IMG/VR virus record: IMGVR_UViG_3300035138_000088
Reading direction: 5' to 3' (one strand)
Source of the DNA: an uncultured virus (IMG/VR IMGVR_UViG_3300035138_000088)
Taxonomy: Duplodnaviria; Heunggongvirae; Uroviricota; Caudoviricetes
Length of the DNA: 64,000 bases
This document shows, one piece after another, positions 18,378 through 27,403 of the stretch (within the stretch, counting starts at the first letter, position 1; each line of letters opens with the position of its first letter). Made by a program: the position numbers and the translations under genes. Below the pieces are notes generated by a model, which made no database searches, was not told the origin of the DNA, and saw only the letters and a program-made list of their open reading frames with translations.

Positions 18378-18794
18378 ATGTCTGAAGATTATTTTAAATC
18401 TCTCATAGCGGCTTATGAAAAATGGGAAAAAACCCCAGAAGGTAAAAAGCGGAAAGAAGAAACAAATAAACGCAAAGTTTTCGAGATTCCTAAAGAAAAG
18501 TTACCTACTGGATGGACCCTTGAGGATGGTGGAGAAGAAGCTGGTTATTGTAATTATTGGAATGGAAGTTTTTCTCAATCGTCAGAAATAACAGTTGAGT
18601 TAGGGATAACAAAACCAATCCAATTTGGCGGTCAACAATATTACGTGGTTAAACTGAAAGAGTCAGATGAGGATGAAGAGGAAGATTATTTTGATGAAGG
18701 AAGAGAAATGGCTCGATTTGACGCGGAGAAAGATTGGAAGAAAGCCGCAGAGGAAGCTAATATTAAAGCTTTAGAAATCATGAGAAGATGTTAA
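18378..18794 (+). CDS. acidic hypothetical protein
   Basis: ORF track. Confidence 0.7.
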   Translation: MSEDYFKSLIAAYEKWEKTPEGKKRKEETNKRKVFEIPKEKLPTGWTLEDGGEEAGYCNYWNGSFSQSSEITVELGITKPIQFGGQQYYVVKLKESDEDEEEDYFDEGREMARFDAEKDWKKAAEEANIKALEIMRRC

Positions 18795-18938
18795 ATGCCG
18801 CCACGTAAGGGAAAACCTGATTGTTGGGGCGAATATGAAGAGTGGAATTCTGGTAAATATAAAAAGAAATGTGGTAATTGTTCTCATGTACTTGGTTGTG
18901 CATATAAAGCCCGAAAAGCTAAGGGTTGGTATAAATAG
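18795..18938 (+). CDS. 47-aa Cys4 microprotein (PDCWG...KCGNCSHVLGC)
   Basis: Hand-translated; abuts upstream stop. Confidence 0.6.
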   Translation: MPPRKGKPDCWGEYEEWNSGKYKKKCGNCSHVLGCAYKARKAKGWYK

Positions 18939-18991
18939 AAATCCTTAAATAGGATAGTGTATATACTGTACCCATTAAGGTGTGAACTAAA

Positions 18992-19528
18992 TTGAAGATA
19001 TTAGCCGCCAAAATCAGATGGAATGAAGGCTACTGTAATAATCCAGATTTAGAAATTCTTGTTGATAAAATTCCAGAACTTAAAGATTTGGATTATGATG
19101 TAACACAAGTTCGTTATGGAAACGAAAAATCAAATCTTTATCTCGCAATACAAGATGGTTACGCATCTTTCTTGTCATGGTCTGGAAAGAAAAACGATGG
19201 CGGTTACTGTGGACAGGAATGGCAAATCATAGTTAACGGTAAACCAGTCACAGTTAAGGGACCTTGGAGTTCTCGAAGTGGAGTCATGAATAAAGCCTTT
19301 AAAACTCAAGTCATGGAAGTTTCGATAACCGACGACTTACAAGCATATGAGCGGGGCTACACTTTTTGTGCTGGGGCTATGACAGTTGAGAAGGTCCTAA
19401 AAGAAGTATTACCTTTCTTCCATCATAGTATTACTCTACTCAGGATAGTTGATAAGGAAGGGGAAATCACTTATGTCCCAGTTAAACTTCATGAGCCAGA
19501 CATGAAAAAGATGACGGTGGTGAGTTAA
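18992..19528 (+). CDS. phage hypothetical protein ('KGPWSSR..VMN')
   Basis: Promoter plus AAGGTG SD; TTG start. Confidence 0.75.
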   Translation: MKILAAKIRWNEGYCNNPDLEILVDKIPELKDLDYDVTQVRYGNEKSNLYLAIQDGYASFLSWSGKKNDGGYCGQEWQIIVNGKPVTVKGPWSSRSGVMNKAFKTQVMEVSITDDLQAYERGYTFCAGAMTVEKVLKEVLPFFHHSITLLRIVDKEGEITYVPVKLHEPDMKKMTVVS

Positions 19529-19687
19529 AAGATGGATGTAACACTTACACTCCACACTGGAGACGACATCAAAGAAGCTCTCGCTAAAGCAATGAAAATC
19601 AGTAAGGCAATAAATGAGCCAGTATCTTTCGAAGGAAACGGTGAAGTAATAACGGTCAACGTAGAACCGAAAAAGGGGAGACGATAA

Positions 19688-19975
19688 ATGGTATTCTATA
19701 AAGCCATGTTTGTGTGGGAACAGTTAGAAAATGGGAAATGGGAACCGCGTTTATGGAGCATGGCACGACCAGACCCCAACAGCTTCACGGCTCAACTACA
19801 CAGTTTTGACTCAATAGAACAACTACGGAATCGAGTCGCCTTATACATAGCTAACATCGAAGATATGTACGGGAAGGAAGCTAGGTTCGTCAGGGTAGAA
19901 GTAACAAAGTACACCACAATCAAAAGAGAGTTTACTTCATTAAAAGAGATAACGGAAAGCTTTGAAGAGTTCTAA
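19688..19975 (+). CDS. hypothetical protein
   Basis: GGGGAG SD. Confidence 0.7.
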   Translation: MVFYKAMFVWEQLENGKWEPRLWSMARPDPNSFTAQLHSFDSIEQLRNRVALYIANIEDMYGKEARFVRVEVTKYTTIKREFTSLKEITESFEEF

Positions 19976-19989
19976 TGGAATATTGAGCC

Positions 19990-20187
19990 TTGGGAGTATT
20001 AAGAGTGCCAACGTTGACATATTATGTAATAGCCCTTGTATTCGCTATTGAATTAATCATATTTACAGCATATCTAATCAGTCAGCTAGAATTAGGGTTA
20101 GCTGTAGGCTTAATTATCTGGCTGATAGGAGTGATAGCATGTGCAATCTATTTTCTTAAAAAAGAAACCGAACCGAAAAATCCTTGA
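19990..20187 (+). CDS. two-TM membrane protein
   Basis: Two hydrophobic segments. Confidence 0.65.
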   Translation: MGVLRVPTLTYYVIALVFAIELIIFTAYLISQLELGLAVGLIIWLIGVIACAIYFLKKETEPKNP

Positions 20188-20425
20188 ATGCATCCGTTGC
20201 GGTGCATGTTGCGCTACTGGACCATGCCAACACGGGATTGAGGACGAAGAAACTGGGGCTTGTGTATTCTTAAGATTCAACGGCGACACCGCTGGATGTG
20301 GACTCGTGTTAGACGGAAAACTTAAGCCTACAGACATTGGTGTGGGGAAAGGCTGTCCATTAAGGGAACATCCAGACTCTAAAGTGTATCAATATTACCT
20401 AAAAAAGGTAAAGTTTATTAAGTAG
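20141..20425 (+). CDS. CxxCxxCC (YkgJ-like) Fe-S/Zn cluster protein
   Basis: CIRCGACC...C...C.FL...C; start uncertain. Confidence 0.6.
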   Translation: MQSIFLKKKPNRKILECIRCGACCATGPCQHGIEDEETGACVFLRFNGDTAGCGLVLDGKLKPTDIGVGKGCPLREHPDSKVYQYYLKKVKFIK

Positions 20426-20444
20426 ATTTCACTTATAGTTTTAC

Positions 20445-20712
20445 GTCAGCAACTTTGAAGCAGTGCAAGTCTGCCCGAATTGATATGTAGGCTGTCTGGG
20501 CGGGGTACATGCTCCGCTCTCGAACAGCTATCCTATTACCTAACTAGGAAGCGGGTTGCCGTTCAGAGGGACTTAAACGTGTAAGGTAGGGTTCGATACA
20601 CCCAGCAGTAAATGCCCCAGAAAGGCTATAGCGAAGTATCATAAAAAGCATGTTTAGGTTAAGCCCGACGCGGCTGAATCCAACGAAGAACCGTTAAACC
20701 CGTCTTCCGCCA
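20445..20712 (+). ncRNA. candidate structured ncRNA D (~270 nt)
   Basis: After TATA aaagtttattaag; T-loop-like GCAG-TGCAAGT-CTGC; gggcgggg/ctccgctc inside gctgt/acagc; GGAAGCGGGTT/AACCCG-T-CTTCC; acttaaacgtgt/gcatgtttaggt; ends GCCA then pyrimidine tract. Confidence 0.65.
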
Positions 20713-20774
20713 TATATCTCTTTTCAGAAATCTTTATAAGGTAGATTATAATATCATTCTTAAAGGTATTCGAA

Positions 20775-20993
20775 ATGACCGACTATAAGAAAAAATTCGA
20801 AAAAATTGACTCAAATATAGTTAAGGCTGAAGAGACCCTATCAAGTCTGCATGCACAACGAAACGAGACCAAAGCGGCACTAACGCAAGAAATCAAGGAC
20901 CTTGAAGTTGCAAAAGAAGAGCGAATCAAAGCAGTCACAGAAACATACAATTCTCAAATCTCAGGACTCCAAGAAGTTCTCAACTCAGTATAA
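20775..20993 (+). CDS. coiled-coil protein
   Basis: Own promoter, AAGGT SD, poly-T terminator after. Confidence 0.75.
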   Translation: MTDYKKKFEKIDSNIVKAEETLSSLHAQRNETKAALTQEIKDLEVAKEERIKAVTETYNSQISGLQEVLNSV

Positions 20994-21240
20994 ACACTTC
21001 AGCTTTCCTTTTTCTTTTTTTAGAAAACTTTATTAAGTAGTTTGTATTACTATCTTCTAAAAGTGAACAAAAATGGCTAAACAAACTCACTATCAAATAG
21101 GATACACAACATACGACAGTGAAGGCAAATCCAACGTGGAAGCCACAAAGACTACCGATAAATCAGTTGTTATGCATTACGTCAAGAAATTCATGGAACA
21201 AAAAGAAGCCAATCTTACCCTAGACTCGGTGACAATCTAA

Positions 21241-21612
21241 ATGTTGAAACATAAACTATTTTCAATACTCATCATTGCCGCAGTTGTAGCAACAATCGTC
21301 GGCTCAGTAGGGTTCACAGTCTGGTCCCAATGGAACACGTATGAAGTGACGGGTACAGTCAAATCAATTCGGCTGACACAAATAAGCAACAACGTTGAGG
21401 ATGGAATGACGTACATTGTTAGGCTCGAAAACGGGAGACTCTTAGAGCTTGGACCAATAAGCATATTTCACGCCGTAAACACTGACATCGTATTAACGGA
21501 AATAGAAGAGAATACAACCTATACTTTCGTTTGTTGGGGCTTCGAATATACGTTCCCACTAGCTAACATCTACTGGTATCCAAACATCATCGAAGCAAAC
21601 GGGATGACGTAA
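21241..21612 (+). CDS. membrane-anchored OB-like phage protein
   Basis: N-terminal TM; 'TY.F..WG......YPNII' C-terminus. Confidence 0.7.
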   Translation: MLKHKLFSILIIAAVVATIVGSVGFTVWSQWNTYEVTGTVKSIRLTQISNNVEDGMTYIVRLENGRLLELGPISIFHAVNTDIVLTEIEENTTYTFVCWGFEYTFPLANIYWYPNIIEANGMT

Positions 21613-21820
21613 ATTGTCTGAAAAGATTGGCTATTCCTATGAGGAAATAGTTGCTTTACGCAAAAAACAAAAGGAAGCCAAAAACGAAGTAGAAAAACTA
21701 GAAATAGAGAAAGAAATCCAACAAATGTTTGATATTAATGCAATAGCTATAGTTCTCACACATTAACCTCTCCCATCTTTTTTACGAAAGCTTTTTATAA
21801 TAGTTTGTTATATCATTAGT

Positions 21821-21965
21821 CACCAAAAAGGTGTCTAAAAATGAGGGGATTAATCCCGACAAACAGCTAACCCTTCGGGGTAAAATCAATAATCTCAAGT
21901 AGGTAGCGCAACTGAACGAGTGAGATTGGCTGGTCGCGTGGATTAACCTCTCCTTTAATCACCGT
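21821..21965 (+). ncRNA. candidate structured RNA E / regulatory leader
   Basis: After TATA 21791; nested helices gagg/cctc, ttaatcc/ggattaa, cgac/gtcg, cagcta/tggctg, aatctca/tgagatt, plus accc-TTCG-gggt. Confidence 0.6.
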
Positions 21966-22084
21966 TTAAAAGAGATGGAAAAAATGTGTGTCATAGGATA
22001 CGTCTCAATGTTTGGAAAACTATTCGAGATAATGAAGGATGGCACTATTCATGAAACAAAACATGACTTGAGGGAAATAGACTG

Positions 22085-22486
22085 ATGAGCAAACAAGAAG
22101 CAATCTCGATGGATTCAATCAAAGAGAAACTTAAAAATTTAAAAGAGTATATGCCAGACCAAGAGGATGTAATTTGCGACTACGCTAAACTTTTGGCTGA
22201 CGTATTAAACCCGAAACTTACTCCCGCTGGATTCCATTTGGCTTCCCAGCTAGTATTATTCGACCTACAACGCGGGGAAGATGGAATCAACGGAACAAAA
22301 TCCCCTGACTACTCAATAATCTTCCAGAGATTATGTGGATACCCTCAAATAATCCACGCCTTAATAGGCATGGAACTACCTAACATAGTAAAGGCGGTTT
22401 GTCCAGAAGATTTCGCGGAAGAAGTCATAAAGGAATGCGAGAAAATTAAAGCTTTCCTTCAATCAAAAAAAGCGGAGACAAACTAA
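22085..22486 (+). CDS. hypothetical protein
   Basis: ORF track. Confidence 0.75.
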   Translation: MSKQEAISMDSIKEKLKNLKEYMPDQEDVICDYAKLLADVLNPKLTPAGFHLASQLVLFDLQRGEDGINGTKSPDYSIIFQRLCGYPQIIHALIGMELPNIVKAVCPEDFAEEVIKECEKIKAFLQSKKAETN

Positions 22487-22837
22487 ATGGGCGAAAACTA
22501 CAAGTTTATGTTAGCTAAAATAATGATAACGGTCAACGGTTACACGGTCCCAACATATTTCGTGTTGCGGGGCGAAGCTGTTGACATGAAAGAAGCCGAA
22601 GCTAAACTCATGGTTTGCGAAGCATTCTTTGATGGAAGAATCGAATTAACCGAAAAGAATGACTATATAGGCAACAGCTACATATTCAAGTCGGGACCAA
22701 ACAATGAAAAAACCACCTATATGAAAGTAGACTACATCAGAGAACTCACTAACCCAGAGTGGGGCTTCCTGTCTGAAATACTCGAATTAATAGACTTGGA
22801 TGGAAAACAGACTGAGGAAAATAAAAATGTCAAATAA
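22487..22837 (+). CDS. hypothetical protein
   Basis: GGAG SD. Confidence 0.7.
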   Translation: MGENYKFMLAKIMITVNGYTVPTYFVLRGEAVDMKEAEAKLMVCEAFFDGRIELTEKNDYIGNSYIFKSGPNNEKTTYMKVDYIRELTNPEWGFLSEILELIDLDGKQTEENKNVK

Positions 22838-23606
22838 TAAATGTAGCGACGGTTTACCATGCACATCTGAAACATACAAATGTGGATGGCGTAAACATCC
22901 TTTGAGGAGATTTAAGCAATCACTTAAACGCAACGGAAACGAAATCTTCATTTTATCCTGTCTATATGGCGGCTTTATCCTGTTTACTTTATCCTATATT
23001 TTCTTAGCAAACTTTAAAAATGTCTTTTTGATACCGTTAGTTTTCGCTGGAGTAGGTTTAATGTTTTCTGGTGTGTACATGTATCATGAGGGAATACCTT
23101 TATTTCTTAGAAAGCTTATTTGTAGAATCTTTAAACATGACTTTCCGAAACCACAAAACATATCAGAAGCTTTATCCGATAAGAAATGTACTCGATGTGG
23201 ATATGTCGAACCGTTTCCAAAAGGCGTAAACTTAATTCCTACAGCAATTCTTGATACAGTCGAAGAAAGCTGTAAAGCTCTAGTTAACGAGAAAAACTTC
23301 AAAGCGGAAGATAAAGAGGAAACCAAAATGACTAAACTGAAACTTAGTCAAACAGAAAAACATATCATCTGGAGAATGCGGGATGGAGAAGAACTCCACC
23401 GCGAATTCTTAATAGAAAAATATTTCCTTTTATCTAGGTCTGACGGAGTAACTACTACCTCTACTGTCAGAAAGGACGCAGTTAAAAAACTCAAAAATAA
23501 AGGCTTAATTCATGTCGCCATAGAAGGTAGCTTACATGGACCATTCTTAGGCGACATATATGGACTAACAAAACTCGGAAGTGAGGTGAAACTAGATGAT
23601 ACTTGA
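22800..23606 (+). CDS. membrane protein with Zn-finger and C-terminal winged-helix-like region
   Basis: Two TM segments, C...H...CTRC, 'V.KL..KGLI...Y.LT.LG'. Confidence 0.65.
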   Translation: MENRLRKIKMSNNKCSDGLPCTSETYKCGWRKHPLRRFKQSLKRNGNEIFILSCLYGGFILFTLSYIFLANFKNVFLIPLVFAGVGLMFSGVYMYHEGIPLFLRKLICRIFKHDFPKPQNISEALSDKKCTRCGYVEPFPKGVNLIPTAILDTVEESCKALVNEKNFKAEDKEETKMTKLKLSQTEKHIIWRMRDGEELHREFLIEKYFLLSRSDGVTTTSTVRKDAVKKLKNKGLIHVAIEGSLHGPFLGDIYGLTKLGSEVKLDDT

Positions 23607-24030
23607 TGAAACAACCCGAGAAGTAATCATAGCGGTAATGGATAGAGCCCCTTGGTTGAACACTGCCGAAAAACAAGTCTTAGACGAACTCAAAAAAGAT
23701 GAGTCTATAACAACTACATTAGAAATGATTGCGAGTAAACTTCCAGAACGGGAAGAATTCGAAGTCGGAAATTGCGCTATTTGGAACATAATACTCAACC
23801 TACAGAAAGGATGGACCATAAAAGAAATGCTTTATCGTGGCTTTGTCCATCCATACGGTTGCCAATGTGAAGTAACCCCTATTACTAATCCAAATGTCGC
23901 GGCTATGACTCGTAATTATCTCTGGAAAGCTGGCGATGAAATACCCAAAGTTTCCACCGAGTTCCTTGCTGGATTCAATAAAGTGGTCTTTATCCGTCCA
24001 AAACTGGATGTTAAGGTAGGAAAGAAATAA
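23596..24030 (+). CDS. hypothetical protein
   Basis: GAGGTGA SD. Confidence 0.7.
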   Translation: MILDETTREVIIAVMDRAPWLNTAEKQVLDELKKDESITTTLEMIASKLPEREEFEVGNCAIWNIILNLQKGWTIKEMLYRGFVHPYGCQCEVTPITNPNVAAMTRNYLWKAGDEIPKVSTEFLAGFNKVVFIRPKLDVKVGKK

Positions 24031-24348
24031 ATGCTATCAACGAGTGACGCTAAAGAAGTAAAAGATAATAAGAGAAAAGAGGCTTTACGAGAATTCTGTA
24101 GGCATTTTGATTACTTAGCTCTCATTAAAGAAATAACTAAATGTAAAGATTGTAATGCAAGAGTTATATCTAAAGATTTATCTGACCCACCTATCTTAAT
24201 TGGGGTAAACAGGAAAGTCAAAGCATTATTTTATCCTGAAAGGGGGGACCCTATCGAAACTATGGTTCCAACAGAAGAATTATGCCCAATCCACCAACCT
24301 AAGTTAGAAGCATTAAATAGAAAATACGCTGACTCTGGATGGTGGTAA
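24031..24348 (+). CDS. hypothetical protein (CxxC...CxxH)
   Basis: ORF track. Confidence 0.65.
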   Translation: MLSTSDAKEVKDNKRKEALREFCRHFDYLALIKEITKCKDCNARVISKDLSDPPILIGVNRKVKALFYPERGDPIETMVPTEELCPIHQPKLEALNRKYADSGWW

Positions 24349-24349
24349 T

Positions 24350-24550
24350 ATGGGAGCTTCGGAATCAGTAAAACAAGCTTTTCGACGTGTAAACAAGGAA
24401 AATGAACTATGTCCAGACGGAAAGCATGACTTTGGCGAATGGGGAGAATGGCATGGTCGTCGCTGGCGTAAAAGTAGACGATACTACGAGAAAAGATACA
24501 GGGTTTGCCGACGCTGTAAAAAGAGAGAAGAACAACTTAAGGAGTATTAA
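24350..24550 (+). CDS. basic zinc-finger protein
   Basis: C...H...CRRC; GGTGGT SD. Confidence 0.65.
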   Translation: MGASESVKQAFRRVNKENELCPDGKHDFGEWGEWHGRRWRKSRRYYEKRYRVCRRCKKREEQLKEY

Positions 24551-24551
24551 A

Positions 24552-24905
24552 ATGACCATTTGCCAATTACTCGTGGCTGATTTTAAAGGGATTCTCGATA
24601 CTGACTGGATAAAACCAGAAGATACTTACGACGAACGAAACCTGAAAGAAGCTATAGAGTTCTGTGCATATCTCATGGAAGAACATGGAGACGATTATTT
24701 CTTCAGTTGCGGAAATATGGGCGGCTGGTATCCTAAAGAACTCAAAAAGTGGTGTGAAACTGTACTGATGCAAAGAGAAGCACAAAAAATAATCCAAGAA
24801 AGCAGAATTGTATGCCGAGCCATCATACCTAAAGATGCAGTGATGGCTGATACTTCTGGATATTACGCAGTAAACAACGGAGAACTTCAAAGAGTTGATT
24901 TTTAA
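24552..24905 (+). CDS. hypothetical protein
   Basis: AGGAG SD before MTICQ. Confidence 0.7.
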   Translation: MTICQLLVADFKGILDTDWIKPEDTYDERNLKEAIEFCAYLMEEHGDDYFFSCGNMGGWYPKELKKWCETVLMQREAQKIIQESRIVCRAIIPKDAVMADTSGYYAVNNGELQRVDF

Positions 24906-25100
24906 AAATGCCGAACACTGATGAACGTAGAGCAAAAGCGTTAGTCATTGAAGCTTTCCCTAATACGGACCCTATTAAACTTCTACAAAAATGGGCTAAG
25001 TTTCTTGAGGAAAAACATAGATATGGAAATCCCCAAGACATCGCTGACGAGTTCATTGAACGCTGGAAAGAATTCTAAATAGAAATCTTTATAAGGTTCC

Positions 25101-25787
25101 GTGTATTACACTAAACCAGTGACTAATATGCCAATATTTGGACCATGCAAAAATTGCAAAGAGCTTGAAAAACAAAACAAGGAAATAGACAAAAAACGCC
25201 TTGAAGCTCTGGGCGAACTAAATGAGATGTACGAAAAAGAACGCCAATGGAAACTGAGAGAAAAAGCCTACGAAGAAGAGCTTGAGGAAAAGAGAGAGTC
25301 GCTTAGAACTACACGAGAAGAACGAGAACAATTACAGGACAAACTAAGCCACTTTAACGATGGACTAAGAGTTCTCAACGGCGGTATATGCTCTACTTTG
25401 TTCGATGGAACCTATTATTCTAGACTAGAAATGGGACGTTACGGAAATCCAATCATGAAAGTAACTTCAAATCTTCATCTCAGGTCAATAAATATCCCCG
25501 AAATTTTCGTATCTATGGCTGATTCAAGAGACTACCTCTATGAAATAACCATTGCGAAGTTCGACAGTAGCATACTCGATGACATATTCTATAAAGTAAC
25601 AGGGGATTATCCAATGACATTCCAACGACTAGAAAAATGTTTCTGTGTAAAAAGTAAAATCACTATGAAAACATTCTTCGAAAATCTGACTGCGATATTC
25701 CACGAAACACAGCGTCGCTATGAACTGTTGCTTACAAGCCTAGAACCTAAAGATGAAAACAAAGAAGACGCTAAAAAGAAAAAATAA
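25101..25787 (+). CDS. coiled-coil hypothetical protein; last gene of + arm
   Basis: Own TATA 25081; stop abuts the convergent gene. Confidence 0.75.
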   Translation: MYYTKPVTNMPIFGPCKNCKELEKQNKEIDKKRLEALGELNEMYEKERQWKLREKAYEEELEEKRESLRTTREEREQLQDKLSHFNDGLRVLNGGICSTLFDGTYYSRLEMGRYGNPIMKVTSNLHLRSINIPEIFVSMADSRDYLYEITIAKFDSSILDDIFYKVTGDYPMTFQRLEKCFCVKSKITMKTFFENLTAIFHETQRRYELLLTSLEPKDENKEDAKKKK

Positions 25788-26159
25788 CTAAGTTTTCTTT
25801 TCCTTATTTTTTATATTTCGAATATCAGATTCTCTAGCTAGATGCCAAACTTTACTCTTTTTCTTTCGACGGCTAAGATGAAGAATAGTAAATCCAACTT
25901 CCATAAACTTGCCGAAGTCTTGGAGACAATCCTGATTTTCCCACACAAATTTGACACAAAAGTTCTTGTAGCCATTATCTAAAAGAAGATTTACCAACTT
26001 ACCCATCTCTTCTGGGTAATGCCCTTCCATCTGCACATAAGGCGATGGTAAATGTCCACATGAACAAAACGTGTTAAATCCGTTATTTCTAAGTAGCCTA
26101 ACTAAATTCTGTATCGGTTTTTCGATATGAAGGTCATACCAATCTTTCTTTTTACCCAT
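25788..26159 (-). CDS. phage hypothetical protein ('I..LV..L...G..T..SCGH')
   Basis: Recurring phage motif; function unknown. Confidence 0.7.
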   Translation of the reverse strand: MGKKKDWYDLHIEKPIQNLVRLLRNNGFNTFCSCGHLPSPYVQMEGHYPEEMGKLVNLLLDNGYKNFCVKFVWENQDCLQDFGKFMEVGFTILHLSRRKKKSKVWHLARESDIRNIKNKEKKT

Positions 26160-26161
26160 AA

Positions 26162-26323
26162 TTATGCCGCCCAGATGAATAGTAAAGCGAATCCACCAAA
26201 AATAAGCGTGGACCAGCCATGATTAGTAGCTCTGGCTATCTCTGGCATAAAGTAGACTACTGCCCCAGTAGCCACTGCTTTAAAGGCATATTTCAAAACG
26301 CTAAGTTTCTCTGATATAGACAT
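26162..26323 (-). CDS. small membrane protein (MSISEKLS...LLFIWAA)
   Basis: Hand-translated; TATA at ~26352. Confidence 0.55.
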   Translation of the reverse strand: MSISEKLSVLKYAFKAVATGAVVYFMPEIARATNHGWSTLIFGGFALLFIWAA

Positions 26324-26368
26324 CTTAATCATAAGAACTATAGTTTGGGAATTTAATAAAGCTTTCTG

Positions 26369-26440
26369 TTAACAGTTGCCTCTTCGTCTTCCAGTTCTGC
26401 GTCCTCTTCCTTGAGGACCAGTTCCGTCTCTTCTTGGCAT
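26369..26440 (-). CDS. 23-aa Arg/Gly-rich micropeptide MPRRDGTGPQGRGRRTGRRRGNC (DUF5320-like)
   Basis: GGTGA SD and own TATA; matches MPxxDGTGPxGxGxxTGRxxGxC pattern. Confidence 0.7.
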   Translation of the reverse strand: MPRRDGTGPQGRGRRTGRRRGNC

Positions 26441-26484
26441 AAAATCACCATAATAAATATGTGCATATACACATATAAGTTTTA

Positions 26485-26640
26485 TTATTCGCCCCAGTCT
26501 TCGCCGACTATAACTAAAATTTGGACTTCTCCATTTTTCCATTCATGTTCAGCACCACAACCAGAACAAGAAATTACTTCTCCTTCCTGAACGTCAGATG
26601 GAATGTCAAGCTCTTTGTCACATTCTTTGCAATTAGCCAT
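26485..26640 (-). CDS. lysW: LysW-type amino-group carrier protein
   Basis: MANCKECDKELDIPSDVQEGEVISCSGCGAEHEWKNGEVQILVIVGEDWGE*: two CxxC, acidic, terminal EDWGE; GGTGGTGA SD and TATA ~26680. Confidence 0.9.
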   Translation of the reverse strand: MANCKECDKELDIPSDVQEGEVISCSGCGAEHEWKNGEVQILVIVGEDWGE

Positions 26641-26720
26641 GCATATCACCACCGTAGACTTTATATACTACGGAATTTGATATTTAAAGCTTGCGGCTTA
26701 CGTGTAACAAACTAAGATTA

Positions 26721-27038
26721 TTATGTACCAAATAGAACAAGTTTACCGATGGCACTAATATCGGTCCAGAATGATTTAGGATGAGTATTTATGCCATATA
26801 TTAAGCAATCCATCATCATCGCACCTATTGTAACTTTACCACGTTTAAGTCTTATAACAGCATCGAAATGGTCTCCATTTGCAAAAATAGCATATAATAA
26901 TTTCATTAAACCTTTATCATCAGGACTGATTCTAAATCCTGTCCGCCAATCACAAAGTAAAATGGTAGAAGAGGGTTTAGTGAAAACCAAATCTTTTGAT
27001 GTTGGGGTTATATGAACCGTCTTGTCATCAATAAACAA
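26721..27038 (-). CDS. hypothetical protein
   Basis: ORF track. Confidence 0.55.
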   Translation of the reverse strand: MFIDDKTVHITPTSKDLVFTKPSSTILLCDWRTGFRISPDDKGLMKLLYAIFANGDHFDAVIRLKRGKVTIGAMMMDCLIYGINTHPKSFWTDISAIGKLVLFGT

Positions 27039-27085
27039 AGCTATCTCTACATTACAAAGTTTCAGTTCTTGCTCAGTTGGATAAA

Positions 27086-27403
27086 TTATGTTGTACCACC
27101 TGTTTGAGAATCAATAGTTTCCTTTACCGCTTTATCTATGTTGGCTTCTTGCCAAATGATTGGCATAGTGAGACCACCACAACATGTAGACCAACCGTTC
27201 TTTAACCCGTTTTTGAACTCAAGATATTGTGTTCTACCACATTTCGGACACTGAACTATGCAGTCATAACCACGAGCTCTAGCCCAAGCAATTCTTTCCT
27301 CTAATGTTTTTGGGACCTTCGGTGCTTTCTTTGTCTTTTCAAGGAAAGCCGCAACTTTGTCTATTTCTTTCTCATCGAGATTTTGGCTCATTCTGGTATC
27401 CAC
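27086..27403 (-). CDS. zinc-ribbon protein
   Basis: CPKC...CC. Confidence 0.7.
   Translation of the reverse strand: MDTRMSQNLDEKEIDKVAAFLEKTKKAPKVPKTLEERIAWARARGYDCIVQCPKCGRTQYLEFKNGLKNGWSTCCGGLTMPIIWQEANIDKAVKETIDSQTGGTT

Noticed and set aside
20545..20712. c-di-AMP riboswitch, group I intron or RNase P identity for RNA D
   Set aside because: Short words (GCTGAATCC, GTAGGG, AACCCGTC, GTTCAGAG) resemble these families, but the order is wrong and partner elements are missing.
21841..21953. Intron interrupting a gene starting at ATG 21841
   Set aside because: No convincing bulge-helix-bulge or splice junction could be placed.
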